From NCBI GenBank assembly GCA_051530055.1, contig CM121341.1, forward strand, positions 10,332,784-10,396,783: DNA of 64,000 bases, given 5' to 3'. This stretch comes from Neoechinorhynchus agilis. Its lineage: Eukaryota > Animalia > Acanthocephala. Position numbers and translations under genes: made by a program. The notes under the pieces were generated by a model. That model saw nothing but the letters and a program-made list of their open reading frames with translations. It ran no database searches and was not told the DNA's origin. Positions 10,844 to 22,899 of this stretch are shown piece after piece; positions within the stretch are counted from its first letter, which is position 1; each line of letters opens with the position of its first letter.

Positions 10844-13531
10844 CTTGGACGCTCACACTACCTCACCTCTTACCACCACCTCTTCAACTCCCAATATCCT
10901 CTTTCCCCCTCGAGTTCATCCCGCACGCACAGTTCCCACCCTTATGGTCCCTACACTACAATCACCCCTCACTACAGTGCCCACCCACGAATCCATTATC
11001 CCCGAACTACCCCAACCAGTCAACTCCCATCCCTTCTCTCTCTGCGCAGCTTCAACCCTCTCCATCATGTCCCTTTTAACATCCCTTTCCAATAATCTTT
11101 TATTCTAACATCCGCAGCCTCCTCCCCAAACTGGATGAGCTCCAAATAGTGACTTCTTCTTGCAACGCCGACATCCTTGTAATTACGGAAACATGTGTCT
11201 CACCCCATAGCAAATTATCTGCCTTCCTTCCAAACTTTCAAGCTTTTCACCCCACAAGGGACTTCCGAAACGAGGGAGGCGTATCGATCTTCATCCTCGT
11301 CTCTCTCCCTTACCATTGCTCTTCACCCTACCCTTTCATCTTCGACGATCTTGAATGGCTTCACATCCAACTTCATCTCCCCCTCCGCAATGTCCAACGT
11401 GAGATCTCTATCGCTGACCTTTATCGCCCCCTTCCTCAAACATTCCCAACACACTTCAACAAATAGACCACCTATTTACTGACCTACTTTCCACTTCCTC
11501 AGATCACTTCATCATATTGGGCGATTTTAACAAACTGCCGATCCCGCCCTCGCTCTCTCATCTCCCCGACTCGTTACTTTCCCCACACGCTTCTCCTCCC
11601 GCCTTGATAAAATTTTCTCAAACATCAGGCAATACTCGCGCACTACCAAACTCCCCCCGATCGCCTCGTCTGACCATTGTTCCATCATTCTCTCCCACTC
11701 ATCACCTCAAAACCGTTCCTTTTCCGACCTCTACGTTGTCTGAGATAAACGTGATCATCATATCCACGCCTTTGCTGTATGTGCCAATTCTCCTATCACG
11801 CAAAACCGCTCTACCACCTTTGGCACTGACCCCTCGATTGCAATGGGCTCTTTGTTAAATCTAATAGAATCTGCGACGAAGGCCTCCTTTCCTCGCAAAA
11901 CAACACGAATCTCGAACCGCGACCCTCCATGGTTCTCGCTTTTTCTAAAAACCCTTCAAATGCAGGTCACCTAAGCTTTCCGGTCAGGCAATCCCGCTTA
12001 CCGCTCCCTCCACTCCGCACTGACCAAACGAATCCGTATAGCCCGCAAAGTATTCCTCTCATCTCGTCTCTCGTCCGTTCCCAATCGAAACTGGTGCCGT
12101 GAAATAAAAAATGTCACTGGTCTTGGTAGATCAACCCCCTTCGCATCTCTCCCCAAATCAGATCTCCTCTCAATCCTTAACTTCATGAATAAAAACCTAT
12201 GTCCTCCCCAAACCTCCTCTCCTTTGTCCCAACCTCCCTTCGCACTTTCTGACCCGCCCATTACATGCCCTTCCTTAGTTTCCCCTCTCGAAATCCTAGA
12301 GATCCTTAAACGCCTGCCCCGCCATTCTTCCCCCAATTCGAATATCCCAAATTGGGCTATTCGTTTCATCATCCCGGACCTTATCGATCCTCTAACGCAC
12401 ATAACGAACCTTAGTTTTCTATTGGGCTCTTTCCCATCGTGTCTTAAGGAAGCCCGTGTCGTCCCCCTAACCAAAACTGATAAGCCGATTTCCCCCACAT
12501 CCTTTCGCCCCATCTCTATCCTCTCACCTTTCTCTAAAATCTTAGAAAAATGTTTTAAAACCCGCCTACTTCCCTTCTTCCTCAAAAACATCTCCCTTTC
12601 CCAATTCGCTTTCCGTCCTAATTACTCTTGTACTGATGCCCTCCTCTGCAGCTACGATACGCTTGTGCGCAGCATAGATTCCAATCCAGCATCAACCGTC
12701 CGTCTCGTGCAACTGGATATTTCCAGGGCGTTTGGGTCGTTAGATCACTCCCTTCTCATCCAATCATGTGCTTCCTTTGGCCTCCCAACCTGGCAACTCG
12801 CTTGGATTTCCACTTTCCTCTCCAACCGCAAACAATATATCCAATGTGGAACTTCTTGTTCCTCTTCTCTGCCCATATTAAAAGGGGTCCCCCAAGGCGC
12901 CGTACTTTCCCCTCTCCTCTTTGACATTTTTCTAAATGACCTCCATCCCCTCACTCCCCCTACCAAATATTTTCTCTATACAGATGACCTCACAATCATT
13001 ACCATCGCATCTCCCTCTCTATCCCTCTCCACAACCATGGACGAGCTCAACCATCTCATTTCCTCGCTCTCCACCCTAAACCTCTCCCTAAATTTATCCA
13101 AATCTTTTGAGCTTGTCCCCCGCATTTCCAAACGCAATTTTATCCCCGCGCCTCTCCCTCTCCCCATCCAACGCTCTTCCTTCCGAATACTGGGCCTGAC
13201 TTTCGAAGAAAACATCAAATGGGATGCCCACATTTACACTCTCTAAAACAAACCCTCGTCTTTACCTCCTCAAACTCCTCCGACGTCTCGGCGTATCCCC
13301 TAAACACCTTGCCCACTTTTATCTCTACCATCCTTCCTATTCTTAAATACGCCTTCCCCACTTTCCTCTCCCTTTCCGCCAATGCTCTCCATTCCCTCGA
13401 AATCTTCCACAAGAGAGCAACGAGAATATGCGGGACTTCACTCCCTCCCCTCGACGCCCACCTCCATTCCATTTTCTCCAAAAACGCCCTCCGTCTTCTT
13501 CAACCCCCTCCACAATTTTCTTCTTTCATCT
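10844..13531 (+). mobile_element. CT-rich L2/CR1-type LINE, 5'-deleted copy (endonuclease plus RT)
   Basis: YSNIRSLLPKLDEL..DILVITET; FRPISILSPFSKILEK; LDISRAF; GVPQGAVLSPLLF; YTDD; internal stops and frameshifts. Confidence 0.9.
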
Positions 13532-13848
13532 TGTTGGTAAGTTTTACACAATGTGTTCACTCTATGATGTGAATAGCGTGGTCTAATTGTTTAATGCTTA
13601 TTTCGCGTGTTTTATAATTAAATCGCATTGTGTTAGATATAAATATTTTAAAAGACTATTACTTAGAGTTTAGTAAAAAAAACTAGGCCGCGAAATTAGT
13701 CGCAGATTTGCAGAATAAATCTAATGAAAAATACCTACAAATCGTCAGTTTAATTCACAGTTTTGCACTTTTTCTTTAATCGGATTGAGATTGATTGTTA
13801 GGCTTGCTTGCCTTTCTTACCTTTCAGAACCTTTAACGCTTGTAAGTA

Positions 13849-13937
13849 GTCATTCAATTTTAGACAATCCCTTTCTTGTACGGCTTATTTATTTAGGCAT
13901 AACGCCAAACCAATTACATCAGAGAAGTGATATAACC
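13849..13937 (+). repeat. 89-bp direct repeat, copy 1 (copy 2 at 14860-14948)
   Basis: GTCATTCAATTTTAG...GAGAAGTGATATAACC; 3 mismatches between copies. Confidence 0.9.
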
Positions 13938-13996
13938 GCCTCCTGGAGGTATCTGAGGATCCGGAGGAATGTACAAACTCTTAACCGTGCATTAGA
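13936..13996 (+). mobile_element. 5'-truncated tail of SINE family B
   Basis: CCGCCTCCTGGAGGTATCTGAGGATCCGGAGGAATGTACAAACTCTTAACCGTGCATTAGA matches the reverse complement of 14957-15017. Confidence 0.9.
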
Positions 13997-13999
13997 AGC

Positions 14000-14859
14000 T
14001 CCCTGACGGAGTCGCAAGGCGTCGAAAAATTTGGAGCATTAAGAAATTAAAGAAAAGTGATGACAGCACAGCACCTTGAGGTACGCGTTTGGTGAGGGAT
14101 ATTCTGATTTGGGAGGTGGAACGGCAGTGAATGTATTGTTTGCGATTGTGAGGATAAGATTCGAGCCAGCGGATCGACCACAAGTTGAGACCATAATTGG
14201 GGCAGGCCGGGAGAAGGAGTGAATGGTCTACTGAGTTGAAAGCTTTAGATAAATCAATGAATGAGACGGGTGACGTTGGAGGGATTATTGTCTAGGTTAC
14301 GCAATAGCGTGTCATAAATGCAAAGTAGGGCATCCGTTGCAGAAAATCTGGCACGGAAGCCGAATTGTAGGGGCGATAACTTTTCGTTTAGGTGTCAAAG
14401 AAGGCGAGATTTAAAACATTTTTCGATGATTTTTGAAAGAGCGAGTAGAATGGAAATTTTACGGAATGATTCGGTCGAAATAGGATGCCCTTTTATTTGG
14501 AACAAGTATAACTTTAGCAGTTTTTAGGCATGAGGGTAGATGCCACATAAAAAGCTGAGATTTATTATGAAAGTAAGAGTGTCGATGAGTTCGGGGATGA
14601 CACAGCGAAGAGCCCAGTTTGGGATTTCGGATTGAGAGGACGAATTTTTGGGTAATTTCTTGAGAGACTGTAGTACTTCATATGACGAAACTAAGGGGAG
14701 TATCGGCGAGTTTACAAATGTTTCAGGTGTGGGTGCGAAAGATTGTGCGGTTATTGATGTTGAGCAGTTATTGTAAATTAAGTCAGGGCAGAGATTCTGA
14801 TTAATGGAATCTAGAATCTGTTTTAATTCAGTGGAGGTGAAATTAGTTACTATTTTCTG
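14000..14859 (-). mobile_element. RT fragment of a related L2-type LINE subfamily
   Basis: EIPNWALRCVIPELIDTLTFIINLSF; RVPQGAVLSSLFF. Confidence 0.8.
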
Positions 14860-14956
14860 GTCATTCAATTTTAGTCAATCCCTTTCTTGTCCGGCTTATT
14901 TATTTAGGCATAAAGCCAAACCAATTACATCAGAGAAGTGATATAACCACATAGTC

Positions 14957-15150
14957 TCTAATGCACGGTTAAGAGTTTGTACATTCCTTCGGATCCTCAG
15001 ATACCTCCAGGAGGCGGGACTCATCAGTGAGTTTCCTCCCTTCAGCGGTATTTCGTCCCCTTTGGCTGTGCGTCATTGGTGGTAACGGATTCGAACCACT
15101 TGACCCCTTATCGGGATCATGGGCATTAGTCCACTTGACCACCTCGACAC
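14957..15150 (-). mobile_element. tRNA-derived SINE, family B, carrying a hammerhead ribozyme
   Basis: Head GTCGAGG-TGGTCAAGTGG (A box 15141-15131) and GGTTCGAATCC (B box 15097-15087); no acceptor-stem partner, so not an intact tRNA; hammerhead body follows. Confidence 0.8.
14991..15059 (-). ncRNA. Hammerhead ribozyme with non-circularly permuted strand order
   Basis: GGGAC-GAAA-TACC..CTCA-CTGATGA-GTCCC..GGTAT-C-TGAG: all core residues present; helix II 5 bp, helix III 5 bp, helix I 4+3 bp; predicted cut between 15000 and 14999. Confidence 0.75.
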
Positions 15151-15866
15151 AACTACGAAATGTCAAACTCAGCCAGTTCATCGGCTCAGGGATAGCGCCG
15201 TGTTTGTAAGTAGTGATTTTAAAATACACTTGTTCTGGAAAAAACAATCCCATGTTTTTTAATAATACAATAGTCCTTTAGCAAAATAAGTTTTGAGTGG
15301 CCTTACTCGACTTGGGAAAAAATGATGGTCCTTAAAAATCGTGTTTCATTAGTGATATTTATAGAAACTTTTTAGACAAATTGGAGGATATTTCCGTTGA
15401 CGCAGCTTCGTACTTTTGCAGAGGTAAGATTAGAATTAGCAGAATTAAATAGCACCAATTTTGTGCTGAATTTTCTGATAAAAAATTGAAATTCAAATAT
15501 AATTGCTTATTATTGGTATCATGATTTAAATATGTGCACATTCAGGAGCTTTAACTAACGCGTAAAAATCATAGCATTGCTTATTAAATAAATTACGTTG
15601 CATACTATGTTAAAGCTGATAATTTAGAAATTCATACATACAAGAAATTAATTCCATGGAAGCCAACAGTCGGATCTGTGCCGAACTTAAGAGTCTAAAA
15701 ATGTCCGATAATATTTATTATCATATGGGCGAAGAGCAGAATAGCCAAGAAGCAAATGTTTTTAATACTGAAGAGTTAAATTTGGCAGCTATTTTTCTGG
15801 TAAATATTGTTACACCAGTTAATTTAACGACCTAGCGATCATTACTCACCAAGGCGCACAACCAGA

Positions 15867-18000
15867 TTATTTAAATGAGTACTTGATCAAAACGGATGAA
15901 ATCGTTGAGCACTGCAGCGGAAGGTGGCAAACGGCCACCCACTTATCTGAGAATTCCTGTGCCTCCGAAAGTCCCTAATAGTATTCTCGGAGATATGAAG
16001 CTATTTATCAATGACAAAACTCCATGGATCATAGTGATAAATCCAACCCTAAACCCAAATCCCCTCCATTACAAAAATGGTCACACTCCATCTCGATGGT
16101 CTAGAACCCGTTTCAATCACGGGATATACCATATAAAATGTTTCTCGTTCCATGGCTTCGTTCTTTCAACGATGATTGTCAGAGAATCATGAAAGTGACA
16201 TATTTCGCAAGCAATTTGAAGGTATACCTATCCAATGATATCTATAAACGTAAATACCAATGCTGTTTGGAATCGATTAAAAGTCCCAATGTTACCTTTA
16301 CGAACAACTCTTGTGATTCAACATTTCTAGTGTCTGGGCTATCTCCAGATATCGAAGAGGCCGATAAGAAAGCTTTTGAAACAAAGGTTGGCTGTAAAGT
16401 CCTGTTTTTCCTCAAGTCTCGGAACAACGGACTTCCGATTCCAAGGGCAGTCGTGAAGGCTGATATCGGGGCAGGGGATGCGCTATTAACCAAAAGATGC
16501 TTTTTCCAATCGATGGAAATAATTTTTACCGTCAACGAAATTTCGATACTGGACAACTACATCTTTCCTCGATGTGCTGGGTGTCAGCAATGGGGCACTG
16601 GGCTTAGCAATGTCCGTCAAAGCGATGTATTTGTGCATACTGTGCAGGATAGCATTCAAGCGCGAATTGTGCGCGCAAATCTAAAAAATGCGCTAATTGT
16701 GGCAAAGATGGGCATTGCGCATTTTCTAGAACATGTACAGTTTTCAAGAATTACGTAAAATGGGCTTAAAACCAATCCGCATCGACACCATACAGGAAGC
16801 CAAAGTAATCTCTTCAACGGCAACCCCTTTATGGCACTCAGCCCGCTTCTACATGCTCAATGTCCGGCTCGATACGATCCGACCTCACGGGTCAGCCGAC
16901 TTCGCAACCCATTGAATCCGTACATTCTGCACCCAACATCCCGCATCACCTCGACCAGGTTCTGAACGCTTCTTCAGCCAACATCCTGAAGATGGTTGAC
17001 TTGCGCATCTCTTCAGCGATTCAAAACTTCGAGAAACGGTTTGAGAGACATTTCGAAGCCCTCTCCGCGTCTTTAAAACAATGTATCAACCGAGCCTTTT
17101 CCATTACAGTATCTGACGCTAAGAAGCCAGCTAAGAGTCGTGTTCGTACGCCGATTTGTTCAAGCGATCTTTCCGCGTCTGACGATGATGTGGATATGAA
17201 CGAGGTGTTCGTTCGTCAAGTGATCGAGGAGCAAAAACAGATCTGCTCTGAGGGTTCAGCGGACATCATCAAAAAGGCGAGAATAGGTTTATGACCGAAC
17301 TAAGGTTGGTGCAATAGAACTCTGGTGGTCGCCTCTGAATTCCCAAAATCTTGGCCGAGGCATATAAGTATGAGATAGTCTTCATTCAGGAGACTAAAAG
17401 CGTCTATACTCTTGAGGACCTACCGGTCGGCTACAAGTCCCTGACGTCTGTCTCTTCTATCTTTATAATCCCTCCTGTCAGCCCGAACTCCCAGGGTCTC
17501 CTCTCCATTTTCAAACTTCATCTTTTGCCCTCCCTCGTCTAAAGCTTCATCTCTCCCAAGCAATTTTCTCTATCCATGTTCAAGGAAGAGTCGCTCTACT
17601 TGGTAATTTCTACATGCGCCCTAACAAGGTTCATTTACCTCATAACAAGGCGATCCTGAAGGACCTGCTTTCATCCGGTATCGATTTCCTGTTCTGAGAC
17701 TTCAACGATCCATCAGGCAAATGGATTCGAGCCGTTGTTCACGTCAACGATTCACATATGATTTTGGCAGCTCCATATCCCACGTTTTCCGCGTCTAATC
17801 GCAGCTCCTGGCTAGACCTTTGTCTGGCAAATAAGTTGTCTGTCTTGAAGCCGACAGTTATATCCCAATCTGCCCTATTTCTTATCTCAGGGCATGACAT
17901 TCTCATTTGGGACTTTTCTAAGAATTTGCTTTTAAACAGACGTTATAAATTGTCGTCTTTTAACATTCTTTTGTTCGAAAATTTGTGTTGGGATGAGTGA
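15867..18000 (+). mobile_element. Degenerate LINE family 2b (ORF1 plus partial endonuclease), copy 1
   Basis: ORF1 with CAGCQQ(W/S)GH-type knuckle; endonuclease IVFIQETKSVYTL; copy 2 at 29771-31905. Confidence 0.8.
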
Positions 18001-18149
18001 TTTTTTGAGTAGGGATTGAATAATAATTTTTTACTGTATGTGATTTAAATTTATTAAAGTTTACAAGTTTTGGAAGATAATGTCCTGTGAAGCCGCAGTT
18101 TTCCTCACGCTGGCAGCAAATCTATTAAAATTTACAAGTTTTAGAAGAT

Positions 18150-18554
18150 ATATATAAACACGTTTTATTTATGTAAAAAGTGCAATATCCACACACTAGC
18201 CAGCATCTATCTTTGCAAAACGTTGTATGGATGACGGATGTTGAAGGCAAGGGAGGTGGGACTGTTTTTTGAGGGGGTGTTGATGTGGGATCGGAGGCTT
18301 TGTAAAGGAGATGACAGATTAGGAGTCTTTCCTTGTTCTGCGGTTATTAAGGAAAGATCAAACTTGATGGAAGAAAGATTTTTGGTGGAGGGTGGTACGA
18401 GCGAGAGGGTATGAAAAAGGTTGGGGTTCCGGGTGTTTACTAGACAAGAGTATTTAGAGATGAAAGAAGAAAATTGTGGAGGGGGTTGAAGAAGACGGAG
18501 GGCGTTTTTGGAGAAAATGGAGTGGAGGTGGACGTCGAGGGGAGGGAGTGAAGT
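18150..18554 (-). mobile_element. 3' end of CT-rich L2-type LINE, cut at the duplication junction
   Basis: LPPLDVHLHSIFSKNALRLLQPPPQF as at 13440-13530; continues to an AT-rich tail. Confidence 0.85.
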
Positions 18555-20882
18555 AGCGCAAAGCTTAAAAGAGCAAATGCGACTGAGACGAACTCTCAAG
18601 CAGCCAAGAAATTCAATGTTGGCTCGAGTGTAACCCACTCCGATAATGAGGACGTCTTCATGGAGGTCGAAGAAACCGACACAGAATATGTTACTAGGAT
18701 CATTAACACTCACGCTTCGCTTATTAACAACGGAACTGCGGCCCTAATATCAGATGATACCGCCAGAAATTTCTGATAATTCGAAGGCACAGGTAATGGT
18801 GGGGGATCTTCGAGTGTTACAATGGAATTGTGGAGGGGCAACTAATCTTACTAGGCTCGCTCGTTTCATACCAGACGTTTCCATCATCTTTCTGCAGGAA
18901 ACAAAAAGTATTTATACTCTACACCAACTCTATAACTATCTACCTCATCTTAACTGTTCAATGTTCTTGTCTTTTATTACTGCCCCATTCGGTCCCGCCT
19001 CACAAGGTCTTATTTCAATTTTTCATACCTCTTTAAATCCCAAACTTATATCTTCTTACACTTCACCGGAAATGTCGTACTCCCTTTTTAAAATTCTCCT
19101 TAATCGGAATCACCTCTCGATTGTAAATTTGTACATTAGACCGGGTTTTATTCATCGACCATACATCAAAAACAAAATCAAATGGCTTCTCAAAGCCAAT
19201 CTCGACTTTGTTGTGGGGGATTTTAACGATCCACCATTAAAATGGCCCAGAGCTATTGTTAACGCCGTCAGCGATAATCTTTCGGAGGGTTTTTGCCGGT
19301 TGCATAGATCTGACATTAAAAGACAGTTTCAAAGTATGGTCCGACAATCCGAAATTGGCATCATCAAACTCCAGCTCAGGGACCAAAATCTTTACTCCCT
19401 CGTGAGTACATCGTCACACCACTTAAATTACGCATTCCATGGCACACGTTAACCGTTAATCTATCCCCTAGAACAGATATAAACAAGATGAGAAGGCTGC
19501 TAAAAGTAGGCATCAAAATGGTTAATCGAGCGCTGAAACTAGGCATGAACTCGTCGCAAGCGCAAGATATTTGGAAAACTTCGGGTATCCCCGTCCTGGT
19601 TTTCTTTTCCAGAGGTCGCCCCCCCCGAACATCAGGCTTTCTTTATCGACGCCTTCATCCAGCACCTAGATTCATTGCCGTTTTCCTGGGCCGAAGAGCT
19701 GAAGAATTCCTGTGCGCCCAGAATTAAGCGATGGACAACGTGACTTGACCTGTTTCTAAGAAATCCCTCCGCCTTGCATGATGAATAAATCTTGTTGTTG
19801 TTGTAATCGTGGGATTTTTGAGTTAGATTTCGACCCTGCTTATAAGAAGCTTGATATTTTAGGTTATACTTTCACTAATAACCTCTCGCCCGCTTCCGAT
19901 ACACACAAGATGAAAAAACTTTTAAAGACAGCCAGAGCTAAGGCGAGACGTGCCGCTCGTATTGGGCTTAGCGCCAAGATATGCAAAGTGATATGGTGCT
20001 CTTGGGCTATTTCAGGCCTATTTTTTTATTCCAGAGGAAGGCCTCCAAAACAACGCATAAAATTCCGCTGTGTATTCTTGAAAATCCTGTCAAGACTACC
20101 CTTTGAGTGGATTTCCTCAGCTGACTGGGCCAACAAATCCATGCAGTGGATCGGAATATGACTTCCAAAAACGGATAGTAACTAGTATAGAATGTTGCTT
20201 CAGTTATTCAGCGACAGCGTTCGATCCATGGTTTGCCTTTGCCGAATCATTTTTTTAATCGTGGGATTTTTGGGTTAGATTCAACCCTGCTTATACGAAG
20301 CTTGATATTTTAGGTTATACTTTCACTAATAACTTCTCGCCCGTCTCCGATATACACAAGATGAAAAAACTTTTAAAGACAGCAAGAGTTAAGGCGAGAC
20401 GTGCCGCTCGTATTGGGCTTAGCGCCAAGATATGCGAAGTAATATGGTGCTCTTGGGCTATTTCAGGCCTATTTTTTCATTCCAAAGGAAGGCCTCCGGA
20501 ACAACGCCTAAAATTCCGCTGTGTGTTCTTGAAAATCCTGTCGAGGCTACCATTTGAGTGGATTTCCTCAGCAGACTGGGCCAACAAATCCATGCAGTGG
20601 ATCGGATTATGACTTGCGTTCGATCCATGGTTTACCTTTGCCGAATAAATTTTTTCAATCGTGGGCGTCACCATCGCAGTTTGAATTTAGATTTTGAGCA
20701 TTTTAATCAATTTTTTGATGACGTAAGGATCGCTGAACTCCATATAAATAAATAAATCTCGAGAAGTGATATACCAACGATAAATATAATTTACAAAGAA
20801 ATAACCGAATATTTGTGACTGCTTGAGATGCATGAAACTCACGAAACGAAATAATAATTTCTATTATTCTCAAACCGAAAAT

Positions 20883-21302
20883 ATGGCTCAAAACGGACAC
20901 AGTCAATCTTTTGGTATTGACCGATTCCCGGATATGGACGAGGCTTATTTAGAAATGACATATCAGGAATATCCGATGCCGAACGAGGAAAGGATTAATA
21001 GAATCGCGCAGCTTCTTGGAAAACATCCCGGATCGGTTCGAATTTGGTACTATTTGAAAAGGCGTCGAATGGTAGATCCGAGTACGTCACTTAGACAACT
21101 TTTGAATTACGTCATCAGTGTAAGAATTGCTCTACGATTGGAAGTTCATCGGCAATTCTTGCCTCAATACTTTGTGGATTCGTATTTGCCTCGAAGGCCC
21201 TCCGTGAAAGGATTAATAGAGCCCGGTGAGTTGTTTCGGCAATACGAGAGTACAATACAAATAGAAAGCGATTCCGAGAGCGATAGTTCAGATAATGAGT
21301 AG
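20883..21302 (+). CDS. Divergent homeodomain protein, copy 2
   Basis: Intact ORF; 8 nt differences from copy 1 (7 nonsynonymous); helix 3 reads SVRIWYYLKRRR. Confidence 0.8.
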   Translation: MAQNGHSQSFGIDRFPDMDEAYLEMTYQEYPMPNEERINRIAQLLGKHPGSVRIWYYLKRRRMVDPSTSLRQLLNYVISVRIALRLEVHRQFLPQYFVDSYLPRRPSVKGLIEPGELFRQYESTIQIESDSESDSSDNE

Positions 21303-22059
21303 AGGATCGATGCTTATGAGATTAAGATTGCACTTCATTAAAAAATATTTATTCTTTTCTATTTATTGATCACGATCCTTTGCAAATCAATAATAGTATC
21401 AAATAAGACGTTGAAAGGTAGAAAATCGGATTCTCGGTGGTTCAGTACTTCTTCATTTGCATGTCTTTCTTTTCGTAAAAGAGGTGGATTTATCCCTCAA
21501 ATGGGAAACAATCGGAGTTATTCCACGCCTGAGAAACTCAAACGGAAATAATAACATTAGTGGAAATTGTAAGCTCTTAAACGTTGCGAAAAGTTATTAA
21601 TAATCCAATGGTTGCGAAATGTTTTGAAGTTAATTTGAATGCATTTTCGTTATAAACCGAAGGCTATTTTTTGCTAATTTATTCACGTTTGCAGAGATGT
21701 GTTATTTCAAAAATGCGGAATTCGGGACATCTGAGCTAAACCGAATTATATTAAATTGTAATTTGTATACATGTAAAAGTCGTTGAAATACTTCCTAGAA
21801 AGACGAGCAATTTCATTATTTATTAATAAAATAATTGAAGAAATCATTACGTGTCTTCTATCCACGAGGATTCAAATTAAAACCTTTTCACAATTTTTTA
21901 TTTATAATTTTAATAGGTGGGATCGTTTCGTCTAAACATTAAAATTTCAAACGATGCTTTTTTTCGACAAAGCGTTAGTAAAATTAAAATTTTTTTTTAT
22001 TTTTAATTAATAATGGCTCTTTTAACTTAAAAAAGTTCACAGAATTTAATTTTTGCTTT

Positions 22060-22720
22060 CTCCACCTGTATCGCAAGCGATATGTTTTGTAGGAGATAGG
22101 TTGAGAGCTCTAATGTCCTTGGTTGCTTTTTATTAACCGCTAAGCGGGATAGGAGTCCGTGAGGTCCCAGGATTCGACGGACGCCTCTTTCACATTGCTG
22201 GCTTCCGGGGAATCGACACAGGTTGCGTCCCATAGCAGATGACATTTTCCCTTGTGCCAGGGAAAAATAGTCAGATTATCCGGTCTACGACCATCATCCA
22301 GTCTGCGGCTTGGCTGCAGGGTATTCGGCGGCGCGTGTGCCGTGTCTTAATGGCGCGGCTAATTCTATTGTTCAGTTCCGTGTGCCTCGCGAATCGACCG
22401 CTGGAGCGCTTATATGCCAGCGGTCATGTCTTCATGTGGCGTCTACACGTCGATGCCGCATCTGCCAGATTGGTAATCCGAGCATCAAGGACACCGCGAT
22501 TCTCAGGATTTCACTATCTAATTGAGTTCCGTGTGAAGCGACAGGGAGAGCGTTCAAGCATGTGCCGGGTTCTTTGTAGGATACTGCATTTAATCGTGTT
22601 CTATCCACCATGGAGAGCGAATTTTCAAGTGAGTTGTGGACTCGCTCAGCCAATGGAATATCCCACGAGCGCTGTTTTTCCGGGTGCTCTGGGCGCTGCA
22701 AGATTTATTTCGATGTGCCT
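22060..22720 (-). mobile_element. CRE-type 3' fragment, duplicated copy
   Basis: Near-identical to 6430-7090. Confidence 0.75.
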
Positions 22721-22899
22721 TAGATGCTTGACTTTGAATTACTTTTAAGATTGGGGTCATTCACGGTGGGCCACGGTCGGATATTCAAGTGAATTTTCTT
22801 GGGTGAGTAAATTGTTAACCTTTTAATTTTTATATGTTGGTTGCTCTTACCATAAAACGAATCCAACGATAAAACGTTTTAATAATAGGACCTTAAATT

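Noticed and set aside
15070-15150. Functional tRNA gene
   Set aside because: A and B boxes are present but there is no acceptor-stem complement; interpreted as a SINE head. The same applies to 50175-50250.
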